From the NCBI GenBank assembly GCA_035259785.1, contig DATFVZ010000095.1:2100-66099 (forward strand): a stretch of 64,000 nt of DNA. Direction: 5' to 3'. Numbering within the stretch: position 1 is the stretch's first letter; every line of letters begins with the position of its first letter. The notes beneath the pieces are model-generated. The model had not been told where the DNA came from, made no database searches, and saw only the letters and a program-made list of their open reading frames with translations. Shown in pieces: positions 1-8,737 of this stretch. Position numbers and translations under genes: made by a program. This DNA is from Gemmatimonadales bacterium. GTDB taxonomy: Bacteria > Gemmatimonadota > Gemmatimonadetes > Gemmatimonadales > GWC2-71-9.

Positions 1-133
1 CCGAGAGTGCCCAGCCCACCGTGCGCGCCGCGCCGGGTCGACCGGCCAGCCGCGCGACGATGCCATAGGTCGCCACTCGTCCCTTGGGGATGTGACGGAC
101 CACGCGGTAGATCCGATGATAGAATGGATTCAC
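1..133 (-). CDS. MGMT/ATL-family protein (methylated-DNA--protein-cysteine methyltransferase DNA-binding domain); 5' part only, gene runs off the left edge
   Basis: Reverse-strand translation from GTG at 133 gives VNPFYHRIYRVVRHIPKGRVATYGIVARLAGRPGAARTVGWALS. This matches the IPxGxVxTYGxxAxxxGxPxxARxVGxA pattern of the MGMT/Ogt C-terminal domain family. It is absent from the ORF track because the window edge truncates it. Confidence 0.55.
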   Translation of the reverse strand, partial: MNPFYHRIYRVVRHIPKGRVATYGIVARLAGRPGAARTVGWALS

Positions 134-147
134 GAGGGCGCCCGCTA

Positions 148-591
148 CTAGCTTACGCGCAGAACATCTTCCAGCAAGCCCGCGTTACCACCCCCCACTA
201 TTGACAAAATGTCGTCCAGTGCTCTCCGCTCGCGGGGCCAGGCAAACCGCGTCCCGGCGTCCCCGGGGCTCATCCATTCGGCGCGGTCGTGCTCATTCGA
301 GAGTTGCACCGTGGCGCTGGAGGACACGAAGGCAACGAACACGGGAATCACCGCAAGCACATCGGTGCGATGCTGATAGAACGCTTCGGTGCGGCTGAGA
401 TTGTAGAGTTTTTCGGGAACGAGGCCGGTCTCTTCACGCAACTCGCGGAGCGAGGCCTCGACGGGGGTCTCGCCCTGCTCGATGGTGCCGTGAATCGTTT
501 CCCACGATCCGGGACAGCGGCCGGCGCGACTGCGCCGCAGCGCCAAAACCTGGAGCTGCGCACCGGCTCCACGCAGTGCGTAGGTATCCAC
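148..591 (-). CDS. NUDIX hydrolase
   Basis: 147-aa ORF with a Nudix box, GTIEQGETPVEASLRELREETGL. GTG start at 591, 30 nt downstream of the preceding gene's stop. Confidence 0.8.
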   Translation of the reverse strand: MDTYALRGAGAQLQVLALRRSRAGRCPGSWETIHGTIEQGETPVEASLRELREETGLVPEKLYNLSRTEAFYQHRTDVLAVIPVFVAFVSSSATVQLSNEHDRAEWMSPGDAGTRFAWPRERRALDDILSIVGGGNAGLLEDVLRVS

Positions 592-621
592 GAAGGAAAC
601 GCGGATCTCTGTCAGAGGCTC

Positions 622-2892
622 CTAACGGCGGCGGCCGAGTACTGCCTCGAGCCGCGCCGACAGCGCGCGCGCGCGGAAGGGCTTCGTCAGAAAATCGTCG
701 GCGCCGAGCTCGAAGACGCGCACTTCGTTGTCCTCATCGCCTTTGGCGGTCAACACGATCACGGGAATGTTGGCGGTCGCGGGACGCGAGCGCAGATGCG
801 ACAGCACGCCGTAGCCATCGAGCCCGGGCAGGTTCAAGTCGAGCACGATGATGTCGGGACCGATGCGATCGACCTGATCGAGGGCCTGGACGCCGTCGCG
901 CGCCTCCGTCACGGCGTACCCGTCGCGCTCGAGGAGGTCGCGCATCACTTTGCGCAGACTGTCCTCATCGTCCACGAGCAGCACTTTCGAAGCGGGCTGG
1001 CCGTGCGCGCCCGAGCGGCGTGCGGACGTGACGGGCTCTTCCAGTAGATCGAAATGCGTCATGACTGCGCCGGCTGGCTCGGCGGGGGGAGGAAACGACA
1101 CGGTACCCGGCGCCGGCGTCCAGCGTGGCGCTTCCGTAATGCCGGAGGTCCGCGTCGTCCCGGATGGCCGCGCTGGTTCGCCGGCCTGCGACGAACGGGG
1201 GCCCTCTTCCGACGGGATATCCACGACGCGCGTGAGCTCTTCGATCGTGGACTCCCCACGCGTGACATGCGCGAGACCCGAGTCCCACAGCGATTTCATT
1301 CCGCCGCGCCTGGCGGCTTCGGCAATGCGGTCCGCGGCTTCGCCCGCGGCGATGCGGCGCTCCAGCTCGGGCCCCATCGTGAGGATCTCGAGGATCGAGA
1401 ACCGACCGCGATACCCGGTCATCGCGCAGTCGGGACACCCGCCCGCACGGTACAGCGGCGTGCCCTTCGGGATCCAGCGGCGCAAACGCTCCGGCGGCGT
1501 CTCCATCCAGACTTCCTTGCAGGTGTTGCACAACCTCCGCATCAGCCGCTGGGCCACGACCCCGCGCAGCGACGCGGCGATCTTGTACGGCTCGACGCCG
1601 ATGTCGACGAGTCGCGTCACCGCGTTGGCCGCGTCGTTGGTGTGCAGCGTCGAGAGCACGAGGTGGCCCGTGAGCGACGCCTGTACCGCGATCTGCGCCG
1701 TCTCCTTGTCGCGGATCTCGCCGACCAGCACGACGTTCGGGTCCTGGCGCAGGATGGACCGCAACGCGGCAGCGAACGTGAGGCCGGCCTTCTCCTGCAC
1801 CTGCACCTGCACAATGCCCTGCATCCGGTACTCGACCGGATCTTCGACCGTGACGATGTTGACGCCTTCACTCTTGATCTGGTTGATCGCTGAGTAGAGC
1901 GTCGTCGTTTTGCCGGAGCCGGTCGGGCCGGTCACCAGGAGGATCCCTTCGTGATTCTCGAGCAGACGCTTGATCGAATCCCCTTCCCCAGGATTCAGAC
2001 CCAGCGAGTCGAGTGATTTGACGGTCACGCGCGAATCCAAGATCCGGATCACGACCTTCTCGCCGAGCTGCGCGGGCAGCGTCGAAACGCGGAGGTCGAT
2101 CGGCTGACCGTTCACCGCCACGCGGGCGCGCCCGTCCTGCGGCCGCAGCCGGTCGGCGATATCGAGCGACGACATGATCTTGATGCGCGAAATCAGCGGC
2201 AGGCCTGCCTGGCGGGGGATCTTCATGACTTGCCGCAACACCCCGTCGATGCGGTAACGCACCGCGACGCCGCCCTCTTCGGGCTCGACGTGGATGTCGC
2301 TTGCCCGCGAGAGAATGCCTTCGGAAATGATCATGTCGACGAGCCGCACGACCGGCTTCTGGCTCGCGTCCGCTTCGGAGATCAGCTCTTCGGGGGGCGT
2401 GTCGGGGAGCGCAGTCAGGATCTCGTTGTCGCCCATGTTCTCCAAGAGCTTCTCGAGCTGCTTCTCGGGCCGGTACAGCTCGTCGAGCTTCTCAGCAATC
2501 TTCCCCGGAGGAAGGAGCAGCAAGCGGATTTCTCGCGCCGTGGCAAACGCGAGCGCCTTCTCGGCGTCGAGATCGAACGGATTCGCGGTGCCCAGCTCGA
2601 GGTAGGAGTCCGTCAGGCGTAACGGCAGAACACGATACCGGCGGGCGAGCTGCTCCGGCACACCGTCGCGGACGCTGGTATCGATCTTGGACGCGTCGGC
2701 GACCTTCAACCGGAAGCGGTGCGACAGCTTGTCAATGATTTCGGCGTCGGTGGTGAGCTTTTCGGCAACCAGGGCTTCCCAGAGCGTACGACCGGCCTCC
2801 GCCTTCCCCCGAAGCTCCTGCAGGAGCTCGGGGGTCATCAGGCCCTCCAGGGACTGGGCCAGCCATTCGTCGGGGAACGCCGTGACCGCCAT
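622..2892 (-). CDS. GspE/PilB-family secretion ATPase (T2SS/T4P type) with a C-terminal response-regulator receiver domain
   Basis: 756 aa. N-terminal T2SSE_N-like region. Walker A LVTGPTGSGKTTT. Tetracysteine CNTCKE...CPDCAMTGYRGR. A Pro/Ser/Thr-rich linker is followed by a REC domain (KVLLVDDEDS...IIVLDLNLPGLDG...VLTAKG...LTKPF). Confidence 0.9.
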   Translation of the reverse strand: MAVTAFPDEWLAQSLEGLMTPELLQELRGKAEAGRTLWEALVAEKLTTDAEIIDKLSHRFRLKVADASKIDTSVRDGVPEQLARRYRVLPLRLTDSYLELGTANPFDLDAEKALAFATAREIRLLLLPPGKIAEKLDELYRPEKQLEKLLENMGDNEILTALPDTPPEELISEADASQKPVVRLVDMIISEGILSRASDIHVEPEEGGVAVRYRIDGVLRQVMKIPRQAGLPLISRIKIMSSLDIADRLRPQDGRARVAVNGQPIDLRVSTLPAQLGEKVVIRILDSRVTVKSLDSLGLNPGEGDSIKRLLENHEGILLVTGPTGSGKTTTLYSAINQIKSEGVNIVTVEDPVEYRMQGIVQVQVQEKAGLTFAAALRSILRQDPNVVLVGEIRDKETAQIAVQASLTGHLVLSTLHTNDAANAVTRLVDIGVEPYKIAASLRGVVAQRLMRRLCNTCKEVWMETPPERLRRWIPKGTPLYRAGGCPDCAMTGYRGRFSILEILTMGPELERRIAAGEAADRIAEAARRGGMKSLWDSGLAHVTRGESTIEELTRVVDIPSEEGPRSSQAGEPARPSGTTRTSGITEAPRWTPAPGTVSFPPPAEPAGAVMTHFDLLEEPVTSARRSGAHGQPASKVLLVDDEDSLRKVMRDLLERDGYAVTEARDGVQALDQVDRIGPDIIVLDLNLPGLDGYGVLSHLRSRPATANIPVIVLTAKGDEDNEVRVFELGADDFLTKPFRARALSARLEAVLGRRR

Positions 2893-2941
2893 TAGGCTCC
2901 TCCAAGCTATGGGTGCGGGCGTTCCAGTCCAGTATCGCGGC

Positions 2942-4972
2942 TCACAGAATGGGCCAAAAATCGCGGGTCACGTCGAACGCGACGCGCATGTCATGCGATT
3001 GGACCCCATACCCTGCCTCAACGCGAAATACGCCCAGCCACTCGGCTCCCAGCCCCAGCGTCATCCGTGTGCCGGGGGTCACCGACCATGGGGTCGGGAT
3101 CATGTCGATCTTGCCGTCCGCCCACCCGACCGCGACGTAGGGGGCTAACGTCATTGTGCCCGGCGTGCGTCCCGGGCCCACGGCCAGGCTGATAAACGGC
3201 ACAGGTGCGCGCCATTCCAGATGGATCAGTGCCGAGCGGCGGCCGCCCCATTCCCGGAACTCATCACCCAGCAGCGTGCTCCGGCCGCCCAGCACAAACG
3301 CGCGATGGGGCGGCAGGTCGACGGTACCCACACCAAATTCGCCTCGCAGGAGAACACGGCTGGCGCTTACCGGCAGCAGCACGTGACCCGAGCCGCTGAG
3401 CCGCGCGTAGCTCAGACTTGTGTCGTTGGCTCCCCCTTCGAGAGATATCTCGACTGCCAGATCACGCCGCACCGCGAAGCCTTCGCTGCGCCGACGCCAC
3501 GTCACCGCGGCCGAGTAGAACTGACCATCCAGCACCGCCGGATTGGCCCGGTACTGACCGGTGGCCGGCGTGGCGTGAATCTCCTGCGACTTGATCCGCT
3601 CGCTCATGGCAGACAACTGGAGCTCGCTGCGGCTCCCGGTCCGCGCTCGAAACCCCAAACGCGCCCCGGACGCAAGATAGTAGTCGCCATAATCATCGCC
3701 GAACTCTTGCGAGGCAATCGAATTCAGTAGGGGCGCGATCACCGGCGCGTCCGGGATGTCTTGCAGCTGCCGATACGCGCCGACGTCGAATCCGTATGCC
3801 GTCGTGAGCGTCACCGAACCCTTCCCCACGCCGTCGGAGAATCCGTAACTGCCGGCCGCCCGTCCCTCGTAGCGACCATTGCGTGAGCGAATCACGAAAC
3901 CCGCACCGAGCGCCACCCCCTCCACCCGATTTGCGTGGATCAGATCGCTCACCGAGCGCGCGCCGAGTCCGAAGCGTTTCAAACCGCTCAGCGCGTGGCG
4001 TCCCGCGATGCGGCTCGCCTCAGCGCGGACGGCCTCGAGATCGTTCTGGCGCACCGGCTCGGCGACATTCTGAATCGCCGCGCTCAGCGGACCCGGCCAG
4101 GGAAAACTATCTCGCTCGGGCTTAGGCGTGATGGTTATTTCGTCCCCGGCAAACCAGCTGTTCGCGATCCCCACGTTGAACTGGTAGGTGTCGATCTCCC
4201 AACGTCCGCGGATGATGCCGCGCACGGGCATCTCGAGCCAGGTTGCGCGGCGCCGGATCTCGATCTCTTGGCGGTAGGGGAGCCAGAACCGGCCATCCCA
4301 CAGCGCGTTGTCCAGTACGATGCTCATGTCTTCCAGGGACGGATCGAGATATGCGGCGGGCGTGAAGTTAAACGCCATGCGCACCAGCTCGGCCGTTTCG
4401 GCATCGACGAACAGCGTCCCGACGACGGCTGGATCCGCGAGATTTTTGGGCCGCACCCGCAACGCCACGACGCGCACCGCGCGCTGCGGCAGCACGATGG
4501 TGGCGGTATCGCCCAACGCGACGTCGTAGCGGTCCGTGCCTCCCGGCGCCAGCGGGTGCGGCACGTCACGCACCTCGTCGCCTTCCCCGAGCCGGATCGC
4601 ATGGCCGAAGTTGTTCTGGACGATGCCCAGGTGATCGCGATGATAATTGATGCCGCTAGGCATCTCGTTGCGATCGCGCCAGCCGATCACGCGCTGCTTG
4701 CTGAGCTGCGGCGCCTTCCAGTACACTTCCAGCTCCAGCTGGTCCGCTTTCACGAGCCGGGGCGGGTCGGTGAGCCCGTCGCCGAACTGTGCGAGGAAGA
4801 AGAGAAACCCGTGAGCCTGGGCCTTGTAGTCGCGCAACGCGGTGTCGACGGCGGCGCGCGTGCGGCGCTCGATCGCACGTCGCGCCAGCGCCAATGCCGA
4901 GTCGCTGTTCCAATCCTGAGCAGCGGCGCGGGTGGGCAGTACGAGGAGCAGGAGCGCGGCGGGCCAACGCAT
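2942..4972 (-). CDS. Secreted outer-membrane beta-barrel protein, Omp85/surface-antigen-like C-terminus
   Basis: The track ORF 2942..5833 is over-extended. The in-frame ATG at 4972 gives the signal peptide MRWPAALLLLVLPTRAAAQ. The C-terminal half is Gly/aromatic-rich with alternating beta-strand pattern. The part upstream of 4972 is antisense to trpE. Confidence 0.6.
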   Translation of the reverse strand: MRWPAALLLLVLPTRAAAQDWNSDSALALARRAIERRTRAAVDTALRDYKAQAHGFLFFLAQFGDGLTDPPRLVKADQLELEVYWKAPQLSKQRVIGWRDRNEMPSGINYHRDHLGIVQNNFGHAIRLGEGDEVRDVPHPLAPGGTDRYDVALGDTATIVLPQRAVRVVALRVRPKNLADPAVVGTLFVDAETAELVRMAFNFTPAAYLDPSLEDMSIVLDNALWDGRFWLPYRQEIEIRRRATWLEMPVRGIIRGRWEIDTYQFNVGIANSWFAGDEITITPKPERDSFPWPGPLSAAIQNVAEPVRQNDLEAVRAEASRIAGRHALSGLKRFGLGARSVSDLIHANRVEGVALGAGFVIRSRNGRYEGRAAGSYGFSDGVGKGSVTLTTAYGFDVGAYRQLQDIPDAPVIAPLLNSIASQEFGDDYGDYYLASGARLGFRARTGSRSELQLSAMSERIKSQEIHATPATGQYRANPAVLDGQFYSAAVTWRRRSEGFAVRRDLAVEISLEGGANDTSLSYARLSGSGHVLLPVSASRVLLRGEFGVGTVDLPPHRAFVLGGRSTLLGDEFREWGGRRSALIHLEWRAPVPFISLAVGPGRTPGTMTLAPYVAVGWADGKIDMIPTPWSVTPGTRMTLGLGAEWLGVFRVEAGYGVQSHDMRVAFDVTRDFWPIL

Positions 4973-4990
4973 CGCCGCCAAATCTAGGGT

Positions 4991-6481
4991 ATGGACCCCC
5001 GCGACGCATTCCTCCAGCGATCCAAGAGCGGCGGCATGGTGCCGGTGTTGCGCGAAGTGGTCACCGACACCGACACACCCGTGGCGGCATACGCGAAGAT
5101 TGCGCGACCGCCGTTTGCGTTTTTGCTCGAATCGCTCGTCGGGGGCGAGCGGTGGGCGCGATACACGTTCCTGGGCACCGAGCCGCGCGAAGCCTGGCGT
5201 TATCGCGGCGCTCGCGTCGAACGCTGGACGCTCGCGACCGGGTGGCGCGCGGCCGGCGAAACGGCCGATCCGATCACCCACCTGGCCGAGCGCATGCGCG
5301 CCCTCCCCGGCCCGCCGGTGCCCGGACTGCCCCGCTTCACCGGTGGCGCCGTGGGGTTCATGGGCTACGACCTCGTCCGCAGCATCGAGCGCCTTTCCCG
5401 GGGGCCGGAAGACACGCTCGATGTGCCCGACGCCATCGTGATGATCGCCGATTCGCTGGTCATTCTCGACAACGTCTTCGGCCGGGCGATCATCGTGGCA
5501 AACGTCGAGGTCCCGACTGGCGCCTCGACAGCGCAGCGACTGCAACTCTACGACAGCGGGCAGGAGCGAATCGACACCCTGCTGGCGCGGCTGGGCTCGA
5601 GTCACCAGCTGACCCCGCTGGTGCTCCAGGACAATGGACGTACGCCCCGCGCCGAATCGCGGTATCCGCGAGCCGCGTTCGAGCGCGACGTGGAAAAGGT
5701 CCGGGAGTACATCGCCGCGGGAGATGTCTTCCAGACCGTGCTGTCTCGCCGGCAGGTGGTCAAGGCGCCGGTCGATGCCCTGCGTCTGTATCGCTACCTG
5801 CGGGCGCTGAATCCCGCCCCGTACCTCTTCCATCTGGTGCTCGACGACGTGACGTTCGTCGGCAGCTCACCCGAAGTGCTGGTGCGCGTCGAAGGAGACG
5901 AGGTGACGGTGCGACCGATCGCCGGCACGCGCCCGCGCGGGGCGACCCCCGAGGAAGACAGCGCGCTCGCCCAAGCGCTGCGCGCCGATGAAAAGGAGCT
6001 GGCCGAACATCGCATGCTGGTCGATCTGGGCCGTAACGATGTCGGCCGTGTGGCGCAGTATGGCTCGGTGCACGTCACGAGCTCTCTCGAAATCGAGCGC
6101 TACTCGCACGTGCAACATCTCGTGAGCGAGGTGCGGGGCAAGCTCAGCCCCGGACATGACGCGCTCGATGTGTTCCGCGCCTGTTTTCCCGCCGGTACGG
6201 TGAGCGGCGCGCCGAAGGTGCGGGCGATGGAGATCATCGACGAGCTGGAGCCCGAGCGGCGCGGCCCGTACGCGGGTGCCGTGGGCTACGTGGGATGGGG
6301 CGCGACGAGTCTCGACACGTGCATCGCGATTCGCGCCGCGCTCGTTCTCAAGGATCGCGTCGTCATCCAGGCCGGCGCGGGGATCGTTGCCGATTCCAAC
6401 CCGGCGCGAGAGTTCGCCGAAACGGAGGCCAAGGCCCAAGCGGTGTTGCGCGCGCTCGCCCTTGCAAATGCTGGAGATTAG
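4991..6481 (+). CDS. trpE: Anthranilate synthase component I
   Basis: 496 aa. Has the FLLESLVGGERWARYTF (LLES) motif and the chorismate-binding C-terminal half (GTVSGAPKVRAMEIIDELE, GPYAGAVGY). Confidence 0.92.
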   Translation: MDPRDAFLQRSKSGGMVPVLREVVTDTDTPVAAYAKIARPPFAFLLESLVGGERWARYTFLGTEPREAWRYRGARVERWTLATGWRAAGETADPITHLAERMRALPGPPVPGLPRFTGGAVGFMGYDLVRSIERLSRGPEDTLDVPDAIVMIADSLVILDNVFGRAIIVANVEVPTGASTAQRLQLYDSGQERIDTLLARLGSSHQLTPLVLQDNGRTPRAESRYPRAAFERDVEKVREYIAAGDVFQTVLSRRQVVKAPVDALRLYRYLRALNPAPYLFHLVLDDVTFVGSSPEVLVRVEGDEVTVRPIAGTRPRGATPEEDSALAQALRADEKELAEHRMLVDLGRNDVGRVAQYGSVHVTSSLEIERYSHVQHLVSEVRGKLSPGHDALDVFRACFPAGTVSGAPKVRAMEIIDELEPERRGPYAGAVGYVGWGATSLDTCIAIRAALVLKDRVVIQAGAGIVADSNPAREFAETEAKAQAVLRALALANAGD

Positions 6482-6516
6482 GCCCCTTCCGCCGTTCCTC
6501 CCTATATTGCGTTCCT

Positions 6517-8145
6517 GTGTTCAAACTGCTGAGCACCTCCGGTGATCAGTCGATAGACCTCCAGCTCGGCCGCAAGCTGGTCGTGGGACGAGCTGTGACG
6601 AGTGATGTTCCGATTTACGACCCCACCATCTCACGCCGGCACGCCGAGATCGTCCTCACTGAAAGCGGCGTGCGGGTTACTGACCTCGGCTCCTCCAACG
6701 GGACGTTCTTGAACGGCGCCAAGGTGACGGAAGCCGAGGCGGGGGCGAACGACGTCGTGACCTTCGGGAAAGTGGCATTCCGGGTCAAGGAAGTGACGAC
6801 CCCCATGCCCCGCCCCCAGGTCGTCGCTCACCCTCCGGACTTCGGGAGTCCACGACCCGGGAAGGGCGGCATCGGCGCGGGGACGATCGTGCGGCAGATG
6901 CCGGTGAGTATCTCGGGCGGCGTGCCGGCAATCGTCATGGACGAACCCCAAGGCGCTTCGCATCTCAAGGTCAAGGCGGACAATCTGGTCGAGCGTCGCG
7001 AGAAGAAGCTCTCGCTGCTGCTCGAGGTGTCGAAGGAGCTGTCCAAACAGCAGGAGCTCGATCGCCTGCTCGACAAGGTCGTGGATTTCACGTTCCAGAT
7101 CATGAACGTGGATCGCGTGTCGATCCTGCTGCTCGATGGCAAGTCGAATGAGCTGGTGCCGCGCATTTCGAAGAGCCGCACCGGCGACGCCAGCGCGGCG
7201 AAGCACGTGCCGCAATCGATCGCGCGCAAGGCGGTAGAAGAGCGCGTGGCGATCCTGTCCGACAACGCGGCCGCCGACGAGCGCTTTAAGGGGAAGTCGA
7301 TCCTGATCCAGAGCGTGCGCAGCGCGATGTGCACGCCGCTCATGGGCTCCGATTCCAAGGTCCTGGGCATCCTCTACGTCGACAACCTCACCGCCACGCA
7401 CTCCTTCGCGGACGAGGATCTCGAGTTCTTGATCGCGTTCGGCGGTTTGACCGCGGTCGCCATCGAGAATTCGCAGCTGTCGGATCGCCTGCGCCGAGAG
7501 GCGGTGGTGGTATCGAACTTTCAGCGCTATTTCGCCCCCAATCTCGCGACGCAGATCGCGCAGCAGGAAGGCGAAGTCGCGCTCGGCGGGACGAAACGCC
7601 CGGTGGTGGTGTTCTTCTCCGACATCCGCGGTTTCACGCCGATGTCGGAGACGATGAACCCCGATGAAATCGCCGGCATACTGACCGATTATTTCACCGA
7701 GATGGTCGACATCGTCTTCGAGCACTCGGGGACGCTCGACAAATTCATGGGGGACGCGATCATGGCGTTGTGGGGCGCACCGATCGCGCACGAGGACGAC
7801 GCTGATCGCGCAATGCAGTGCGCCCTCGATCAGATCCAGACGCTGGAGAAGATGAACGTCAAGTGGAAGGAGTCGGGGCGCCACCCCCTCGCGATCGGGA
7901 TCGGCATCAACTTCGGCGAGGTGTTTGCCGGCAACATCGGCTCCAACCGGCGGCTCGAGTACACCGTCATCGGCGACGCGGTGAATACCGCGAACCGCCT
8001 GTGTTCCTCCGCCGGCGCGAACGAGATCCTGATTTCCGAGCCGTTCTACAAGGCGCTCAAGAAGCCACCCAAGGTCGAAACACTCGACCCGATTCAGGTC
8101 AAGGGAAAATCCAAGAAGGTGCCGGTCTACCGCGTGAAACGGTAA
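6517..8145 (+). CDS. FHA-GAF-class III adenylate/guanylate cyclase signalling protein
   Basis: Probable GTG start at 6517; the track ORF from 6295 overlaps the trpE end. FHA domain: VVGRAVTSDVPIYDPTISRRHAEI...DLGSSNGTFLNG. A central GAF-like region follows. Cyclase domain: VVVFFSDIRGFTPMSE...FMGDAIMALWGAP...TVIGDAVNTANRL. Confidence 0.85.
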   Translation: MFKLLSTSGDQSIDLQLGRKLVVGRAVTSDVPIYDPTISRRHAEIVLTESGVRVTDLGSSNGTFLNGAKVTEAEAGANDVVTFGKVAFRVKEVTTPMPRPQVVAHPPDFGSPRPGKGGIGAGTIVRQMPVSISGGVPAIVMDEPQGASHLKVKADNLVERREKKLSLLLEVSKELSKQQELDRLLDKVVDFTFQIMNVDRVSILLLDGKSNELVPRISKSRTGDASAAKHVPQSIARKAVEERVAILSDNAAADERFKGKSILIQSVRSAMCTPLMGSDSKVLGILYVDNLTATHSFADEDLEFLIAFGGLTAVAIENSQLSDRLRREAVVVSNFQRYFAPNLATQIAQQEGEVALGGTKRPVVVFFSDIRGFTPMSETMNPDEIAGILTDYFTEMVDIVFEHSGTLDKFMGDAIMALWGAPIAHEDDADRAMQCALDQIQTLEKMNVKWKESGRHPLAIGIGINFGEVFAGNIGSNRRLEYTVIGDAVNTANRLCSSAGANEILISEPFYKALKKPPKVETLDPIQVKGKSKKVPVYRVKR

Positions 8146-8705
8146 GGGCGGCCGAACTTCGCCAACAGGTCCAGCGCCAGCCGCAGCGGTAATCCCATCA
8201 CTCCAAAGAAGTCTCCCTCCACGCGCTCGATGAGCGGCGCGCCGAGCCCCTGGATGGCGTAGGCACCGGCCTTGTCGAGCGGCTCCCCCGTGGCGACGTA
8301 TTCCTCGAGCGTCTTCCGGCTGTTGGGCCGGAACGTCACGCGTGAGACATCGAGCACCTGCTCGAGCCGACCGTTCTCCGCCACTGCCACCGCCGTCAGT
8401 ACCTCGTGGGTTTTTCCTTGGAGCTGCTCAAGCATGTCGACCGCATTTGCGGGCGACGTCGGCTTTTCAAAGATCTTGCCGCCCAGCACGACGGTCGTAT
8501 CGGCGGCGAGGATGACTTCCCCGGGGGCGCGCGCAACGACGGCGCGTGCCTTGGCGCGCGAGAGCCGCGTGACGTAATCGTGGGGTTTTTCTGCCGGGAG
8601 AACGTGCTCATCGACATCAGGGGGGATCACGCGGAAGGGGATCCGCAGCATTTCGAGGAGTTGCTTCCGCCGTGGCGATCCGGACGCCAGAACGATGGGG
8701 TTCAC
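8127..8705 (-). CDS. maf: Maf-like nucleoside triphosphate pyrophosphatase (septum formation protein)
   Basis: 192 aa, N-terminus MNPIVLASGSPRRKQLL and ...DKAGAYAIQG. GTG start. The 3' end overlaps the convergent cyclase gene by 19 nt. Confidence 0.9.
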   Translation of the reverse strand: MNPIVLASGSPRRKQLLEMLRIPFRVIPPDVDEHVLPAEKPHDYVTRLSRAKARAVVARAPGEVILAADTTVVLGGKIFEKPTSPANAVDMLEQLQGKTHEVLTAVAVAENGRLEQVLDVSRVTFRPNSRKTLEEYVATGEPLDKAGAYAIQGLGAPLIERVEGDFFGVMGLPLRLALDLLAKFGRPYRFTR

Positions 8706-8737
8706 GCGAAAAAAGATAGCGCGGGGTAAGTTTCGGC

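Noticed and set aside
4973-5833. The N-terminal 287 codons of the 963-aa ORF 2942..5833.
   Set aside because: This part is antisense to trpE and Arg/Gly-rich. An internal ATG at 4972 yields a textbook signal peptide and leaves an 18-bp gap to trpE, so the gene was trimmed to 2942..4972. The same reasoning trimmed ORFs 6295-, 48207..49676, 49174-, 51817-, 53441-, 54244-, 54738-, 55985-, 56563- and 62686..63987.
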